Below, in pieces: positions 47,064 to 62,559 of a stretch of 64,000 nt of DNA. The position numbers and the translations under genes were made by a program. Numbering within the stretch: position 1 is the first letter of the stretch; each line of letters begins with the position of its first letter. The notes beneath the pieces were generated by a model, which was not told the DNA's origin, did no database searches, and was given only the letters and a program-made list of their open reading frames with translations. Source of the stretch: the human T2T-CHM13v2.0 reference genome, Homo sapiens; assembly GCF_009914755.1 (NCBI RefSeq), contig NC_060938.1; one strand, 5' to 3'.

Positions 47064-50000
47064 TGTTGTTTCTCTTTATATCTTATTGTACTATGTCTTA
47101 AAACGTTGTTGTAGTTATTATTTTTGATTGGTTCATTGCTTAGTCTTTCTACTTAGGGTAAGAGTAGGTTACGTACCACAGTTTCACTGTTATAATATTC
47201 TGTGTTTTTCTGTGTACTTACTATTCCCAGTGAGTTTTGTACCTTCAGGAGATTATTTATTGCTCATTAATGTCCTCTTCTTTCTGACTGAAGTACTCCC
47301 TTTAGCATTTCTTGTAGGATAGCTCTGGTATTGATCCCTCAGCTTTTGTTCGTCTGGGAAAGTCTTTATTTCTCTTTCAAGTTTGAAAGGTATTTTCACT
47401 GGATACACTAATCTAGGGTAAAAGTTTTTTTTCCTTCAGCATTTTAAATATGTCTTGCCACTCTCCCCTGGCCGCTAAAATTTCCACTGAAAAGTCTGCT
47501 GCCAGACACACTGGGGCTTCATTGTATGTTATTTGTTTCTTTTCTCTTGCTTGCTTTTCGGATCCCTTCTTTATCTTTGACCTTTGGGAGTTTGATTAAG
47601 TCTCCTTTGGAGACTACCTTGGAGGTCTCCTTAAATTTGCTTAGTGTTCTATAACCTTCCTGTTTTTGGATATTGATATCTTTCTCTAGATTTGGGAAGT
47701 TTTCTTTTATTATCCCTTTGAATAAACTGTCTACCCGTATCTCTTTCTCTACCTCCTCTTTATGGCCGATAACTCAGATTTTCCCTTTTGAGGCTATATC
47801 CTAGATCCTATAGGCATGCTTCATTGTTTTTTATTCTTTTTTATCTCCTCTAACGGTATTTTCAAATAACCTGTCTTCAAGCTCACCACTTCTTTCTTCT
47901 GCTTGATCAATTCTGCCATTAAAGGATTCAGATGAATTCTTCAATATGCCAATTGCATTTTCAGCTCCAGAATTTCTGGTTGATTCTTTTTAATTATTTC
48001 AGTCTCGTTGTTAAATTTATATGATAGAATTCTAAATTCCTTCTCTATGTTATCTTGAATTTCTTTGAGTTTCCTCGACTCAGTTATTTTGAATTCTCCG
48101 TCTGAAAGGTAAAGTATCTAGGGTCTTATTTAGTTCATTTGGTGAGGTCATGTTTTCCTGCATGGTGTTGATGCTAGTAGATGTCCTTCAGTGTCTGGGC
48201 ATTGAAGAGTTAGGTAGTCTTCACTGTCTGGGCTTATTTGCAGCCACCTGTCTTGGGAAGGCTTTCCAGATACTTGAAAGGACTTGGGTGTTGTTATCTA
48301 AGCTATATCTGCTTTAGGGGGCACCCCAAGCTACAGTAACACTGTGGTTCTTGCAGACTCATGGAAGTACCACTTTGATGGTCTTATACAAGATCAGGAA
48401 GAATTCTCTGGATTACCAGGCAGAGGCTCTTTTTCCCTTCCCTTACTTCCTCCCAAACATAAAGTCTCTCTCTCTGTTCTGAGCCATCTAAAGCTGGGGG
48501 TGGCATGACACAAGCACCTCTATGGCCCTCACCACTGTGACTGCACTGGGTCAGACCAGAAGCCAGCACAGCACTGGATCTAACCCCAGGCCTGCTGTAA
48601 CCACTTTCTGGCTACTGCCTATGTTCACTCAAGGCCCTGGGACTCTACAATCAGGAGGTGGCAAAGTGAGCCAGGCCTGTGTCCTTCCCTTCAGGGTGAT
48701 AAGGTCCCCTAGGCCCTGGGTGGGTACAGAAGTGGCGTCTGGAGTCAGTGACTAAAGTAAAAAAAGACCTTAGAAGTCTACCTGGTATTCTACTGTATTG
48801 TAGCTGAGCTGGCACTCAAACCACAAGATACAGTCCTTCCCACTCTTCCCTCCCCTTTTCAAAGGCAGAGGAGTCTCACCCTATAGGCACCACCAACCCA
48901 GGCCATGAGGAGTACCAACAGACTACTCCTGATGTTCCCTTACAGCCCAAGGTCTTTTAAGTCAGCTTGGCATGAATACTGCCTGGCTTGGGACTCACCC
49001 TTCAGGGAAGTGGTCTCCCCTCTGTCCCAGGGCAGGTCCAGAAATGCCATCCAAGAGTCAGGATCTATAATCAGGAGCCCCACAAGCCTGCTTGGCTTTT
49101 TACCCCACTGTGGCCATGCTGGTACTTAAGGTGCAAGACAAAGTCCACTTTACTTTTCCCTCTGTTTTTCTCAAGCAGAAGGAGTTTTGCCCCATAGCCA
49201 CCACAGCTGGTTACGTGGTGAGTCTCACCTGAGACCAGCAAGTCTCAGAGGCTCACTCAAGACCTTCGATGTAGGATCTGGGTATCACTGCTGGTTATTC
49301 AGGGCCCAAGGGCTTTTCATTTAGCAGGTGATGAATGCTGCCAGGATTGGGTCCTTTCCTTCAAGGTAGTGGGTTCCCTTCTGGCCTGGGGTGTGTCTAC
49401 AAATGTCATCTGGGAGCTAGGGCCTGGACTGGGGACCTCACGACTTTGACCAGTGCCATATCTTGCTGTGGCTGAGCTAATATCCTAGATGCAAGACAAA
49501 GTCCTCCCCAATCTTCCCTCTCCTCTCCTCTCCTCAAGCAGAAGGGAGGGGTCGCTTTTAGAGCTATGAGCTGTGCATCCTGGGGTTAGGGGACAGGTGA
49601 TGCCAGCACTCTCTTGGCTTTCCCCAGCTGGTATCTCAGTATGTTGCATGCATATGTTGCATGTCCACTGTCTCTGGGCCCAGTTCAGCACTAGGACTCA
49701 CCTGTGAGTTGCACTCCTTATGGACTAGATTGCCTTTCAAGATTACCTGGAGACATAAAGCTGCTGGGTGTGGTGGAGGGGTGGCAACAATGATTCAGGA
49801 CTGTTTTTTTCTCTCTCTTCAGAGCCTCCTTCAGCAATATGAAATTAAAACCAGGTACTATAAGTGCTCACCTGATTTTTGCTTCTTATGAGGGTGTTTT
49901 TCTGTGCAGATGGTTGTTAACTTGGTGTCCCTCTATGGGGGATAATTGGTGGAGCTTTCTATTCTGCCACCTTGTTTCCTAAAACAAACCTTTAAAATGG

Positions 50001-50595
50001 GGCCTACATACTCTGTAAAAAATTAGAATGGATTCATCAGTGGCAAAATCATCTTAGTGCACACATTACACACCAGTGCTAGAGGGCTGAGGATCAAGAC
50101 ACTCTATTTTAAAGAATGGGTCATGTAACCTATTTGGAGTATAGTTTTGATTTTATATATATATCTATAAAATATATCTTTTGGTCAACAATTCAACACT
50201 TATAAATAAATAAAAAAACCATGGTTAGACAAAGATTTAGCTACAAAGATGACCACTACTGCATTATTCATAATACAGTAATGAAAAAATTAGAAACCAC
50301 ACATTAAGATATTGGTACATCCATACATGACTTAAGCAGCAACTAAAAGTGATGATACAGAAGAATGACATAAGATATTCTCAATATATTAAGTTTTAAA
50401 AGTAAGGCATAAAAACAACATTCATGGCAAAAACTTATACAGTATGTATATACACACACATACATACTATGAATATATATATATATATATATATGCATAG
50501 AAAGACTGGAAAGAAATTCATTAAGGTATTAATAGAATGGTGATAGAACTATAGAATTTTTGTCTGCATTTTCTTATCTTTCCCATGGTCATCAT

Positions 50596-51032
50596 TGTCA
50601 TAGATTGAGTTCCCTTTGCAAATAGTTTCTCAGATGAATATTTTCCTGATCTCAGTAACAATGTACAAAAAAGACTGCTCACAGAAACAACACCTATAAG
50701 AAGTAAGGAAAGCAGGGTCAGGCAGAAGAGGAAGTTGAGCTGCAATTGCAGTAGAGACCTCAACAGATCCCATAGGGAGTTCTGAAACTGGGATGGTCCT
50801 TCAGAGGCTAGAAAGGTATTCCTTGTACCCCTGTACTGACAAGCCATTAAATATGAGCTACTCCAAGGAGGGATATGACCTCGGAGAGGTAGTTCCCTTC
50901 AGCTGAGAGCACTGCCTGGTGAAGAACTCAGCTGTGACCTAGTTGCAGGTAGCATTACAGCAGTCAGGTGAAATGAGTGCCTAAATCTTTAGCTGGATGT
51001 GGGAAATTGGGTGGCACACCACATCTATAACA
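50596..51032 (-). mobile_element. LTR16-family LTR
   Basis: tgtcatagattgagttccc ... ggcagaagaggaagttgagctgc ... gtggcacaccacatctataaca. Confidence 0.65.
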
Positions 51033-53585
<2,553 letters not shown>

Positions 53586-53825
53586 TGGAGATGCTGTAAA
53601 CGTCAAGCCAAATCAGAAGTTGGTGGTGGAAATAGAAACATCCTGAGTATTTTCAGAAAGCACACATCACAATCAGTAACAATAAGAACAATAAAACAGC
53701 CATGTCATTAATTGAGCATGTGCTAAGCAATCACATTGTTTCATTATTTTATTTAATCCTCACAATAATCACGTGTGAAGTAGGTGCCATTTTTCTCATT
53801 TTTGTAAATACAAAAGTTAAAGCAT

Positions 53826-53938
53826 TGTAAGCCACCATGCCCAGTCAAATTATTTAATATGCTTTTAAAATTATTTTCAAAGGATATTAAATTATTTAAA
53901 AGCATATTAAATAATTTGGCTGGGCATGGTGGCTTACA
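53826..53938. repeat. 44-bp inverted repeat (43/44 match, 25-nt spacer)
   Basis: 53826-53869 is the reverse complement of 53895-53938 with one mismatch. Confidence 0.95.
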
Positions 53939-54070
53939 CCTGTAATCCTAGCACTTTGGGAAGGTGAGGTGGGAGAATTGCTTGAGGCCAGGAGTTCAAG
54001 GCTGCAGTGAACCATGATCATGCCACTGCACTTCAGCCTGGGCTACAGAGGGAGACCCTGTCTCAAAAAA
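53918..54070 (+). mobile_element. Alu monomer (FLAM/FRAM-like) inserted in a MIR (about 53690-54200)
   Basis: ggctgggcatggtggcttacacctgtaatcc ... gagaccctgtctcaaaaaa. The MIR core resumes at ttttccaagtcacacag. Confidence 0.85.
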
Positions 54071-55029
54071 TTAGTTAATTAGTGAATTAATTTAAAAATA
54101 AATATTAAATAGTTTTCCAAGTCACACAGTAAAAGTGTCATATCAGGGATTTAAACACAAATTCATCTGACTCTAAATGCTAGGTTCTTTCCCGCTGTAT
54201 TGTAACCACTCCTCAAATTATGAAATTCTCCCCATGAGATAATCTTTCAATATTTTCTATTGATTCTTGGTCATCTTCTAGAGAAAACAAGTGAATCTGG
54301 AAAGTTAAGGTGAGTTATAAAGAATGTTTAGCATTTTTTTTTAAAAAGAAAACCATTTTTATTATAGAAGAAAATCATGTTCATTATCAGATAACCATAA
54401 ACTATTTGTGGAGCCATCACTTGCCCCCCGTTCTTAGGCCTGACTATTGAGATTTACTCAGACATGCCATGTACTTTATTCGCCTTTCATTGTCCCTCAC
54501 CACAAGTTGAGTCCTTCCCAACCTACACAATTTAAGTCTTTTTAAGTCCACTGAGTTCATATACAATTATGGACATAGTTTGAATATTTTCCCAAAGAGG
54601 CTACTCCACTTTCTTATAAATCAAGGGTGTAGCTAAGTACTTCGAGGGCGAGGAAGTGGATTTATCTAATCCCACTGTCTCAAAGTCCTATCTAGTCGTT
54701 GCATCAAACTGTGCACCAATATCAAGTTCTGTTCTACTTCATACGTGTGGGAAGATGATAATCACAGGTGATTTGACATGGCTAATAAAATATAAATGGA
54801 AAATGTGATGTATCACGTCTAGGTTGGAAACAGAATATTTAACATTTCTTTATAGCATTTCCTGATCAGAATCTATTTCAGACAAACATTTCTTCTAGCC
54901 AATGCTATTTGGTGACCAATTCCTACCATGGTAAGATAATGTAGTGGATACTTTATGAATCAATGTTACAATTTGACTATAAAATGTGTTTTATTGTGCA
55001 TATATTGTGTAGCACCAGCTGAAGAATTC

Positions 55030-55478
55030 GTCAGAATAAGCTAACTGCTAATAACAAATAATTCCTGAATCTCAATGGCTTCATACAGTAAAAGTTCATT
55101 TTTTCCTACTCATGCAAATGTTTGTAAGGATATTCTTTGATGGGCATAATTTCTGAGTAGCTCACCCCCAAGTGATGACTCAGGTATCCAGTCTCCATTA
55201 ATCTTGTAAGGCACAATCTTCATGCAGTCCCTCCAAGGTTGCCATGAAAGGTAAGGAGAGTATGGGCAAGGCACATAGAATACTTAACCACCTTAGCCAG
55301 GAAGTGACATGGATCATTTCCATTCATAGCCCATTGGCCAGAACTTGTCACATGGTCACACCAAAAATCAAAGAAGCTGGGAAATGGAGTCCCCAATTGG
55401 GCAGTTGCAACATAGCTACAACTCTACATTATAGGAGGGTCCATGTCTCAGGTAGTCACTCAGCTGTTTCAGCCACAG
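55030..55478 (-). mobile_element. Old MLT1 (J/K/L-like) LTR
   Basis: gtcagaataagctaactgctaataacaaa...ctcaatggcttcatacag ... ccattggccagaacttgtcacatgg. Confidence 0.6.
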
Positions 55479-55625
55479 CTGGTGTCAGCTGATTTGGGTT
55501 TGCAAAAAGCTTTTTAAAAGCAAGATCACTCAAATAGTTTTCTTTACTAGACACTGACACCATAACTAGTTGTCATACAAATCAATAAGTTATCCCATGC
55601 ATTTTGCTGGATGAATTAACCAGAC

Positions 55626-56064
55626 TGCAGTGGGTTGAATGGTGGCCCCCCCAAAAAGATATGTCCACCTGGAACCCATGCATATGACCTTATTTGGAAA
55701 AGGGTCTTTTCAGATAAAATTTAGTTAAAGATCTTAAGATGAGATCATCCTAGATTAACTGGGTACACCCTAAATTCAATGATATCTGTCATTAAAAGAG
55801 AAAGAGAATGGAATAGAGAAGAGAAGAAGGCCATGTGCAAATGTAGGGAGAGATTGGAGTGATGCCACCACAAGCCAGTAAATGCCTGGAGCCACTACAA
55901 ACTACATGAGGCTCCCCCAGAGACTTCAAAGGGAGCATGAATGGCCCTGATGACAACTTCATTTTGGACTTCTGGCCTCCAGAACTGTGAAAGAACACAT
56001 TGCTGTTGTTTTAAGCCCCCAAGTTTGGGGCACTTTGTTATGGCAGCCACAGGAAACTAATACA
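55626..56064 (+). mobile_element. MLT1B/C-like LTR
   Basis: tgcagtgggttgaatggtggcccc ... ggcagccacaggaaactaataca. Flanks cagac and cagcc match 4/5 as a TSD. Confidence 0.85.
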
Positions 56065-56079
56065 CAGCCTAAAGTAGTA

Positions 56080-56378
56080 TGTTATGAACTGAACTGTGTC
56101 CCTCCAAATTTCATGTGTTGAATCCCTAATACGGTAGGACTTGTATCTTTATAAGAAGAGGAATACACACCAGGGGTGCATGTGCACAGAGAAAAGACCA
56201 TGTGAAGACACAGCAAGACGACAGCCATCTATAAGCCAAGGACAGGCCTCAGGAGAAACCACACCTATTGACATCTCCATCTTGGACTTCCAGCCTCCAG
56301 AACTTGATAAGTATATTCCTGATGTTTAAGCCACCAGATGGTGGCATTTTGTTATGATAGCCCTAGTAGACTAATACA
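56080..56378 (+). mobile_element. MLT1A/MST-like LTR with internal deletion
   Basis: tgttatgaactgaactgtgtccc ... cttggacttccagcctccagaact ... gactaataca. Confidence 0.8.
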
Positions 56379-58078
56379 AGATGTGCCAGAGAGATTTTCT
56401 AGAGGTAAAACTTCTAATGAAAGAACCAGAAGGCCCAGAATGTCCACATTTGAGAGAGTACTTCTAATTTAATAAGCGAATAAATATAATCATAAGCCAA
56501 AAGCATGTATAATGTAGGCTTCTTACCTATGATACGTGCTTAGCATAGTACCTAGTACAGAGTAAACACGAACATTTTTTCAACAATTTCAGCAATTTCA
56601 ACATGAACATTTTTTCATTTCTAAAACAAGTTATATACAGCCAATAAATATATTTTCCCTTAAAAATCTATTTTTAAATAATGATTTTTATTATAATTGA
56701 GGCATCTTATAATCAAGGAAATAAAGTATATACAAGCACAATATTAAGCACTTAACATGCTGTATTGCCTTTAATACTCCCAACAATCCTAAGGTTTGTG
56801 CTGTTAATGGAGCATTGGCAATGGCCTGCACCAGCTCAAAAGAGCTAATTGTGCTCATCTTTCCCCAACTCTGGTTGGCAACTTGAAATCAGCCACAGTG
56901 CAAGTATTTATACAATGGAAATTGCCATTTATCAATGTACCACTAGACTAGACACTATTATTATTCCTACCACACAACTAAGGAAACAGAGAGGCTTACT
57001 AACTTGCCTCAGTTAATGCTAAGCAGCAGATCTCAGATTTCAATCCAGGTAGATGGGATTCCCAAAGCACAGGCTCTTAAAGCCATTGTTAGGCTGCCAC
57101 CCACTTGAATAGTATTTAACATAAAGCCATAGCTATAGTAGTAATTCTGGAACTTCCTAAATACCATAATAACAGCAATGTTTCCTTTGTTCAATTAGTT
57201 AAGTTTTGAAGATTATATACTAGCACACATGACAAAAAGTAAAACCATTACTAGGTAAAATGGAAATGAATTTGCCAAGTTATATGGGCACCTGGTTTTC
57301 ACATCATTAAAAATGATACATGTAATAAGATGCTATTGAGATACCTAACAATAGTACCATAGGTTTACCACTGTCAAAACTTAATAATCCAACAATGTAA
57401 ATTCCTTGTTCTTTAAATAATAACCTTGTTTAAAGTTATACAGTACATATAGTACATAATCAACAGTAATGCATTCTTTAAATGAGATATTTATCATTTT
57501 CTTCCTACAAAGTTTGGATTATGGTTGTTATTCAGGAATGTATAAACTATGGACTGGAGAGGGAGTTATCTCTCTTTTTTCTGGTGGTGAGGGAAGACAG
57601 GATGTAATCTAACTTTACTTTTGCTTCCAAAGATCAGCAAGTTTACAACTGTAAGCAAGAAAGGAATTTGGTCCCACTTAAAATGCCTGCAATTACTGAT
57701 TTTGACTAAAAGCTAGGAAGGAAAAAAAGCTGCTTCAAGGGATTATAAAACTCCCCCAAAGGCCAGAAAATAGACTGCATTTATTTTTCTTGCAGCTCAC
57801 AAATATTCATAGTTTCAAGAGTACTTGATAAAGGACAAAAAAAAAAAAAAAAAGAATACTAGACTCTTTTACCCTATTCCCTAAAGTTGATGGGATAAAC
57901 AGTTCCCAGCCACTCCCAGTCACTTTCATGAACCTAAGAAAATGCTGTTGTCTCTTTAAAAACAAGAGATTGAGAAAGGAAAGGCAAAATCTGAGATCCT
58001 ATGACTATTACCTCATGGAAGCATGCAGATTCTAGCTTGTTTCCAAATCTTTGGTTGTGGAACAGAAGCAAAAAGGAC

Positions 58079-58114
58079 CTCCTTCCTTCCTTTCTTCCTT
58101 CCTTTCTTCCTTCC
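58079..58114. repeat. (CTTC/CTTT)n polypyrimidine repeat
   Basis: ccttccttcctttcttccttcctttcttccttcc. Confidence 0.9.
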
Positions 58115-59197
58115 TTTTTTAATAACTTAGGGAAATTGATAAGTGGGACAGTAGGAAAAAAATGCTTGTCACCACACAATGGACCATAAGTAATGTTAAA
58201 AACAGGACGGAGAGGTTAGGGTCCTCAGCACTCCTTGCTAATTACCCATCTTTTTTCCACTCTACATTCTTAAAGGTTTCTTGAAATGAAAACAAAGGAA
58301 TCCAACCAAAACCAACATTTTGATGAGTAAAGTGTAAATGAATGAGAAACAGATGGGCTTGGTTTTCCCAGGAGTCTATAAATGAAGGGCAAGGTACTTG
58401 GGGCAAAACGCATCGGGGCTTCACTGGCAAATTCTTTGCTCTGTTAACGAACCCAAAATGCAGCCAAAGTTCATGCACCCACATCTCCACATATTGGCAG
58501 GACTCAGAATGAAGGATCTGGATGCCAAAGAAGCAGGCTTTGGAGACCCCCAGGACATTGTTCGGCACCTCACAAATCATATTTTACAGGTGCCAAAGGC
58601 AGTTGCAAATCTCACATGTGCAGCCAGAAGTTTTCATTCAAGAACCCAGCAATTTTGGCTTTGATCAGAAACCACAGATTGGTGTAAACATTTTTCTTGC
58701 CACGTTTTATGATATTTATGCTTTGCGTGGATCCTCCTGGTCTTATGATGACAAAGTGTTCTGCAGGCATCTGCTGCCAAGTCATCTCCACCTTAGCCTT
58801 CAGGTGGAGAAACAAGGCCTAAGTAGAGGAAGCGTGATGTGCCAGAGGTCATTCCCTAAATCAGAGGGGAAGAGCTCGTCTTTGTGCATCCAGGCCAAGG
58901 CTGAATGCCCCTCCTGTCTCTCCTTGGGATTAGTATCTCCCTACTGTCTTCAAATCATGTATATATCAAGTTACAGCTCAGAAAGAATGCATTTTTGGTT
59001 TTTCATTTTGGGGGTAAGTATAGGCCCCCAAACCACGGATAATTTGAAAACCATCCAAACTGACTTTAAGATTTTTGAAAATAATTTATTTGGCAATCCT
59101 AAGACCCAGGATTGGCTATTTGGCCAAAGTAACATTCCCTTCAGTGCAAATACTACAATTAATGGGCCACATCGTCCTCCGCTCTAGAGCAACATAA

Positions 59198-59224
59198 GCG
59201 GCCAGCTGCTGGAGAACGCTGTGC
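59198..59224 (-). promoter_or_regulatory. CTCF-like site (core plus upstream module) in a CpG micro-cluster
   Basis: Minus strand GCACAGCGTTCT-CCAGCAGCTGGCCGC; 7 CpGs in 59172-59255. The core match is imperfect. Confidence 0.3.
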
Positions 59225-62200
59225 GGTCTTCCAGTGTAAACGCCACTGATATCGTCACCATCAGAAGGCTATAAAACTGATTGATTATAAACACAGCTCT
59301 CATTTGTTTACAGCTTACATTTTTGGGTTCATGGTAATTAGCACATTAGCCATCTCTCAGGGTGAGGGCTCACAGGTGCTGGGAGAGAGCCTTCCAAGGG
59401 AAACCAAGCCAGGAGGAGACCACAAAACCTTTCACAAAGCAAGCACTGGCCTTTACCAGAAACAGACTGGGAAAACACTGATTCTGCTGAGTACAGGGTA
59501 GTTGGTAACACCTACATGGGGTCACCTGTAAGGAAGGGCATTTAACTCCCATAAGCAACTTCTTCTAACACAAGGTAAGGTTGGAAAAAATCCAAGACAT
59601 GTTAGAAATGTGCGGGAGATGTCCTCTGTGAGGAGCCCACAGCTGCTAGAGCCTTTTAAGATTCCTTCCCTTTCTCTCAGGTCAGCAAAGACAGATAAAG
59701 ATCACCCTTGCTAGTGGTAACTGGTACTTAGTTTCTTTCAGTTATGGTTAAAATAAACTCTTTTAGTCTTATAAAGATGCTGCTTCTCAGACACTCAGAG
59801 AAAGCAGCCAGCTCGGCTGTCTCCCTGGATTTTTATTCTTGTCTCAGTTCCTGCCCCTTCCAGTTTTGCTGAGCTTTCCACCATCAAGGCAGGTTTTATT
59901 TGGACAGCTGGGGCCATCAGATTGGTGCAGATTGTCTAATTAGTCAACCAAGCCTCTTGGGTAAGTGAGTTTTCCATATTAGCCTCTGTGAGAACTCCGG
60001 AGAGCCTAAAAAGCTTCCTAAATCATTAAAAGGATATCCTTTTAAAGGAATGTGCTCGTGGTTTTGGTTGTGAGATCAGAGAACTAGCCTTTTAAAAACA
60101 AACAAACAAACAAAACAAAAACCCTGTTTTACTAAATTCCTAAATCTTTTTGCCTAGCACAAAATTATTTTCAGTATCTTGTGATGAACGGTTAACAAGT
60201 CAAGGGCTCTGGATCTGAATACAGAACATTCAAATTTGTTCATCACAGGCCACATTCATGGTCAGAAATTTGAATTCCATTTTCCATTCATGATATTATT
60301 TTAATAATTAATATTCATATTGAGTTTTACAGTTTTCTAAGTTCCTTTATCTATATTATCTCTTTTGATCTTCATAGCAATGCCACGAAGTTGGGCGAGC
60401 ACCACGATATCTGCGTTTTGTAGTTTTGGAAACAGACTCAGAAAGATTAACTGACCTATGCCAGATGCCAAAAAGCAGTAAAATGCTAAGTCTTCTCATT
60501 TGAAATTCACTTTCTTTGACCTTCATCACACAATTTGTGGGAGTTTTAATATGAAGGATATTCCTTTGAAGTCTTTGTTTTGTCTGCTTTCCAAACTTTA
60601 GCTGCTAGAATAGGAGAGTTGGCAGCTAATTTCTTGGTGTAGAGAAGTAGCTGCAAATAATAATCAAGTGGTCTTTAGGTATTTCAACTATCTGTAAATA
60701 CCTAGTTAAAACACTACAGATATATTGTGAAAGAGCTCAAATAGGAGCATGTGCTTGCTTCATCGAGTTGCCGAAGTTCAATTTATGTTGTACTGCAGTG
60801 TTTCCATTGGCACTGCATATTGATTATTTCCACAATTTTTAAAAGATATGCTCAACACTTTGCTTATATTTCATTGACTTTACTTGCTGTAGTGATTACT
60901 TGAGGGGTCACACTAAAATTTTGGTATTCGTGAAACCTTAAGGGCAAGAAATAAAAATGTCAGACTAATCAATATTTCCAGATACATTTGTTCTCATAAA
61001 GAAATTCTAAGAATCAAAGAATAGGATTTGGGGCAATATCTCCCATTGGGATGATTTCCACTCCAAGCAAATGAAGATGGGTTTTGATGAGTTCAATCAT
61101 TCAACTTATTTTTATCAGCTTCTATCACATACTAGGCACTTGTGCTAGTTCTAGGGATGTCTGAGTGAGTAAGAGGAGATCAGGTACTGTTATCCTAGAA
61201 ATTCCAGTCTAATAAGGAGCCTTCCTTGGGGAGCCTCTCCAGCTGCCAAGAGATGCCCTTCTTCTTTGCTCTCATAACACCATGTGCATATTGAATTTCC
61301 TTACATTTGGCACACCAAATAATAACTGTTGACTTGATCTGTTGGCCACCTTTCTGTCTTACTCATAATCATGTCCCTAGTCCCTGGGTCCTTGACTGGC
61401 CTGCAGTAAGTTTAATAAATTCTTCAGTGAATAAACGAATCTTATTTCATGCTGGATTAGAAACCCAAACCACAAATGTCAAAAAAACCATCTTATCTAT
61501 ATAGCCCAGTGTGATGCCTTTAGAAAACCCCCTTGTCAAAACTGACTTTCAGAATTTGTTAGGACGCATAAAACACACTTTGTAGCTGGAGAAGATTGGG
61601 CACTATTACAACTCATTGAATACACATTTAAAAAAAAATTCCTCTCTACCCCCATTTATCCTCCTCCTCTTCTTAGCCATCTCTCTACTTTTTCAGCTGT
61701 TATTTTCTTTAGCTACCTTTTGCTCGCTGCTTCATAGCTAATGTTGTAGCTGTACCTTCTGCCCTTCACATGTCTAATTATTCTCATGCTTCATCATCCC
61801 TTTAACTTCTTTTCATATTTCATTCTAACTTACAAGAGTTCATTCTCGACAACTGCTATAGAAGAGATCATCAAAAATTCTACTATATAATATTAGGCAG
61901 AATTCAAATAAGCCTTAGGTTTTCCTGGTAAGCTCTTTGATAAAAACACAATGTAAATTTTTCAGGTAGAAAGTCCCATGAAGAATACAAGGTGGGGCCA
62001 CACAAGTGAGCCACACAGACAGGTCGAGGAGAGATCTTGCTCCAGGTCTGAGTTAGCTGTGTAGACCAGACCAGTTCTGTCAGGATATCTGACATGATAT
62101 GATGCCTAGCTGATGATAAGAGATGATAAGACCTAGGGAAGTCAACTCGTCCTAACCAAGCCCAAAGAAGTCAAATGTCATTTACTTCCTTTAAAATGAG

Positions 62201-62559
62201 ATTTACAACTTCTCAACAGATTAAATTCCCAGTTTTTCAAATTAGTCCATTTTTGTTTGTTTCCACTTATTTTTATAGGCAGATATATATAAGAAGCTAA
62301 ATCATAATCCACTTCCTCATTCAGCACAGAATTAGAGCAAGGGGAATTGATTGGATTCAAGAGGCATTTATCCACTTCTCTTAAAAATTCTGGAGACGAA
62401 CTGAAAAGTATTCAGAGCATACCTCTTTCATAGATGCAGTCACAGATCACCCATTTTCTGTCACCACAATCTTCCACATGGGTATCATAATATTAATTTC
62501 TCTTCATCTAGGTTGATATACTTTACTAGCTTAAGGCTTGATTGTAATATGCATACAAC

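Noticed and set aside
56570-56617. Micro-duplications (gaacattttttca twice, caatttca twice)
   Set aside because: Short slippage products with no further structure; no regular repeat-spacer pattern.
58522-59187. 221-aa plus-strand ORF, the longest non-repeat ORF
   Set aside because: No recognisable domain or protein-like composition, and overlapped by similar ORFs in other frames. Treated as chance until PhyloCSF says otherwise.
62178-62400. Minus-strand ORF (DKCLLNPINSPC...) with a possible acceptor at about 62401
   Set aside because: No recognisable homology, and no partner exon was found.
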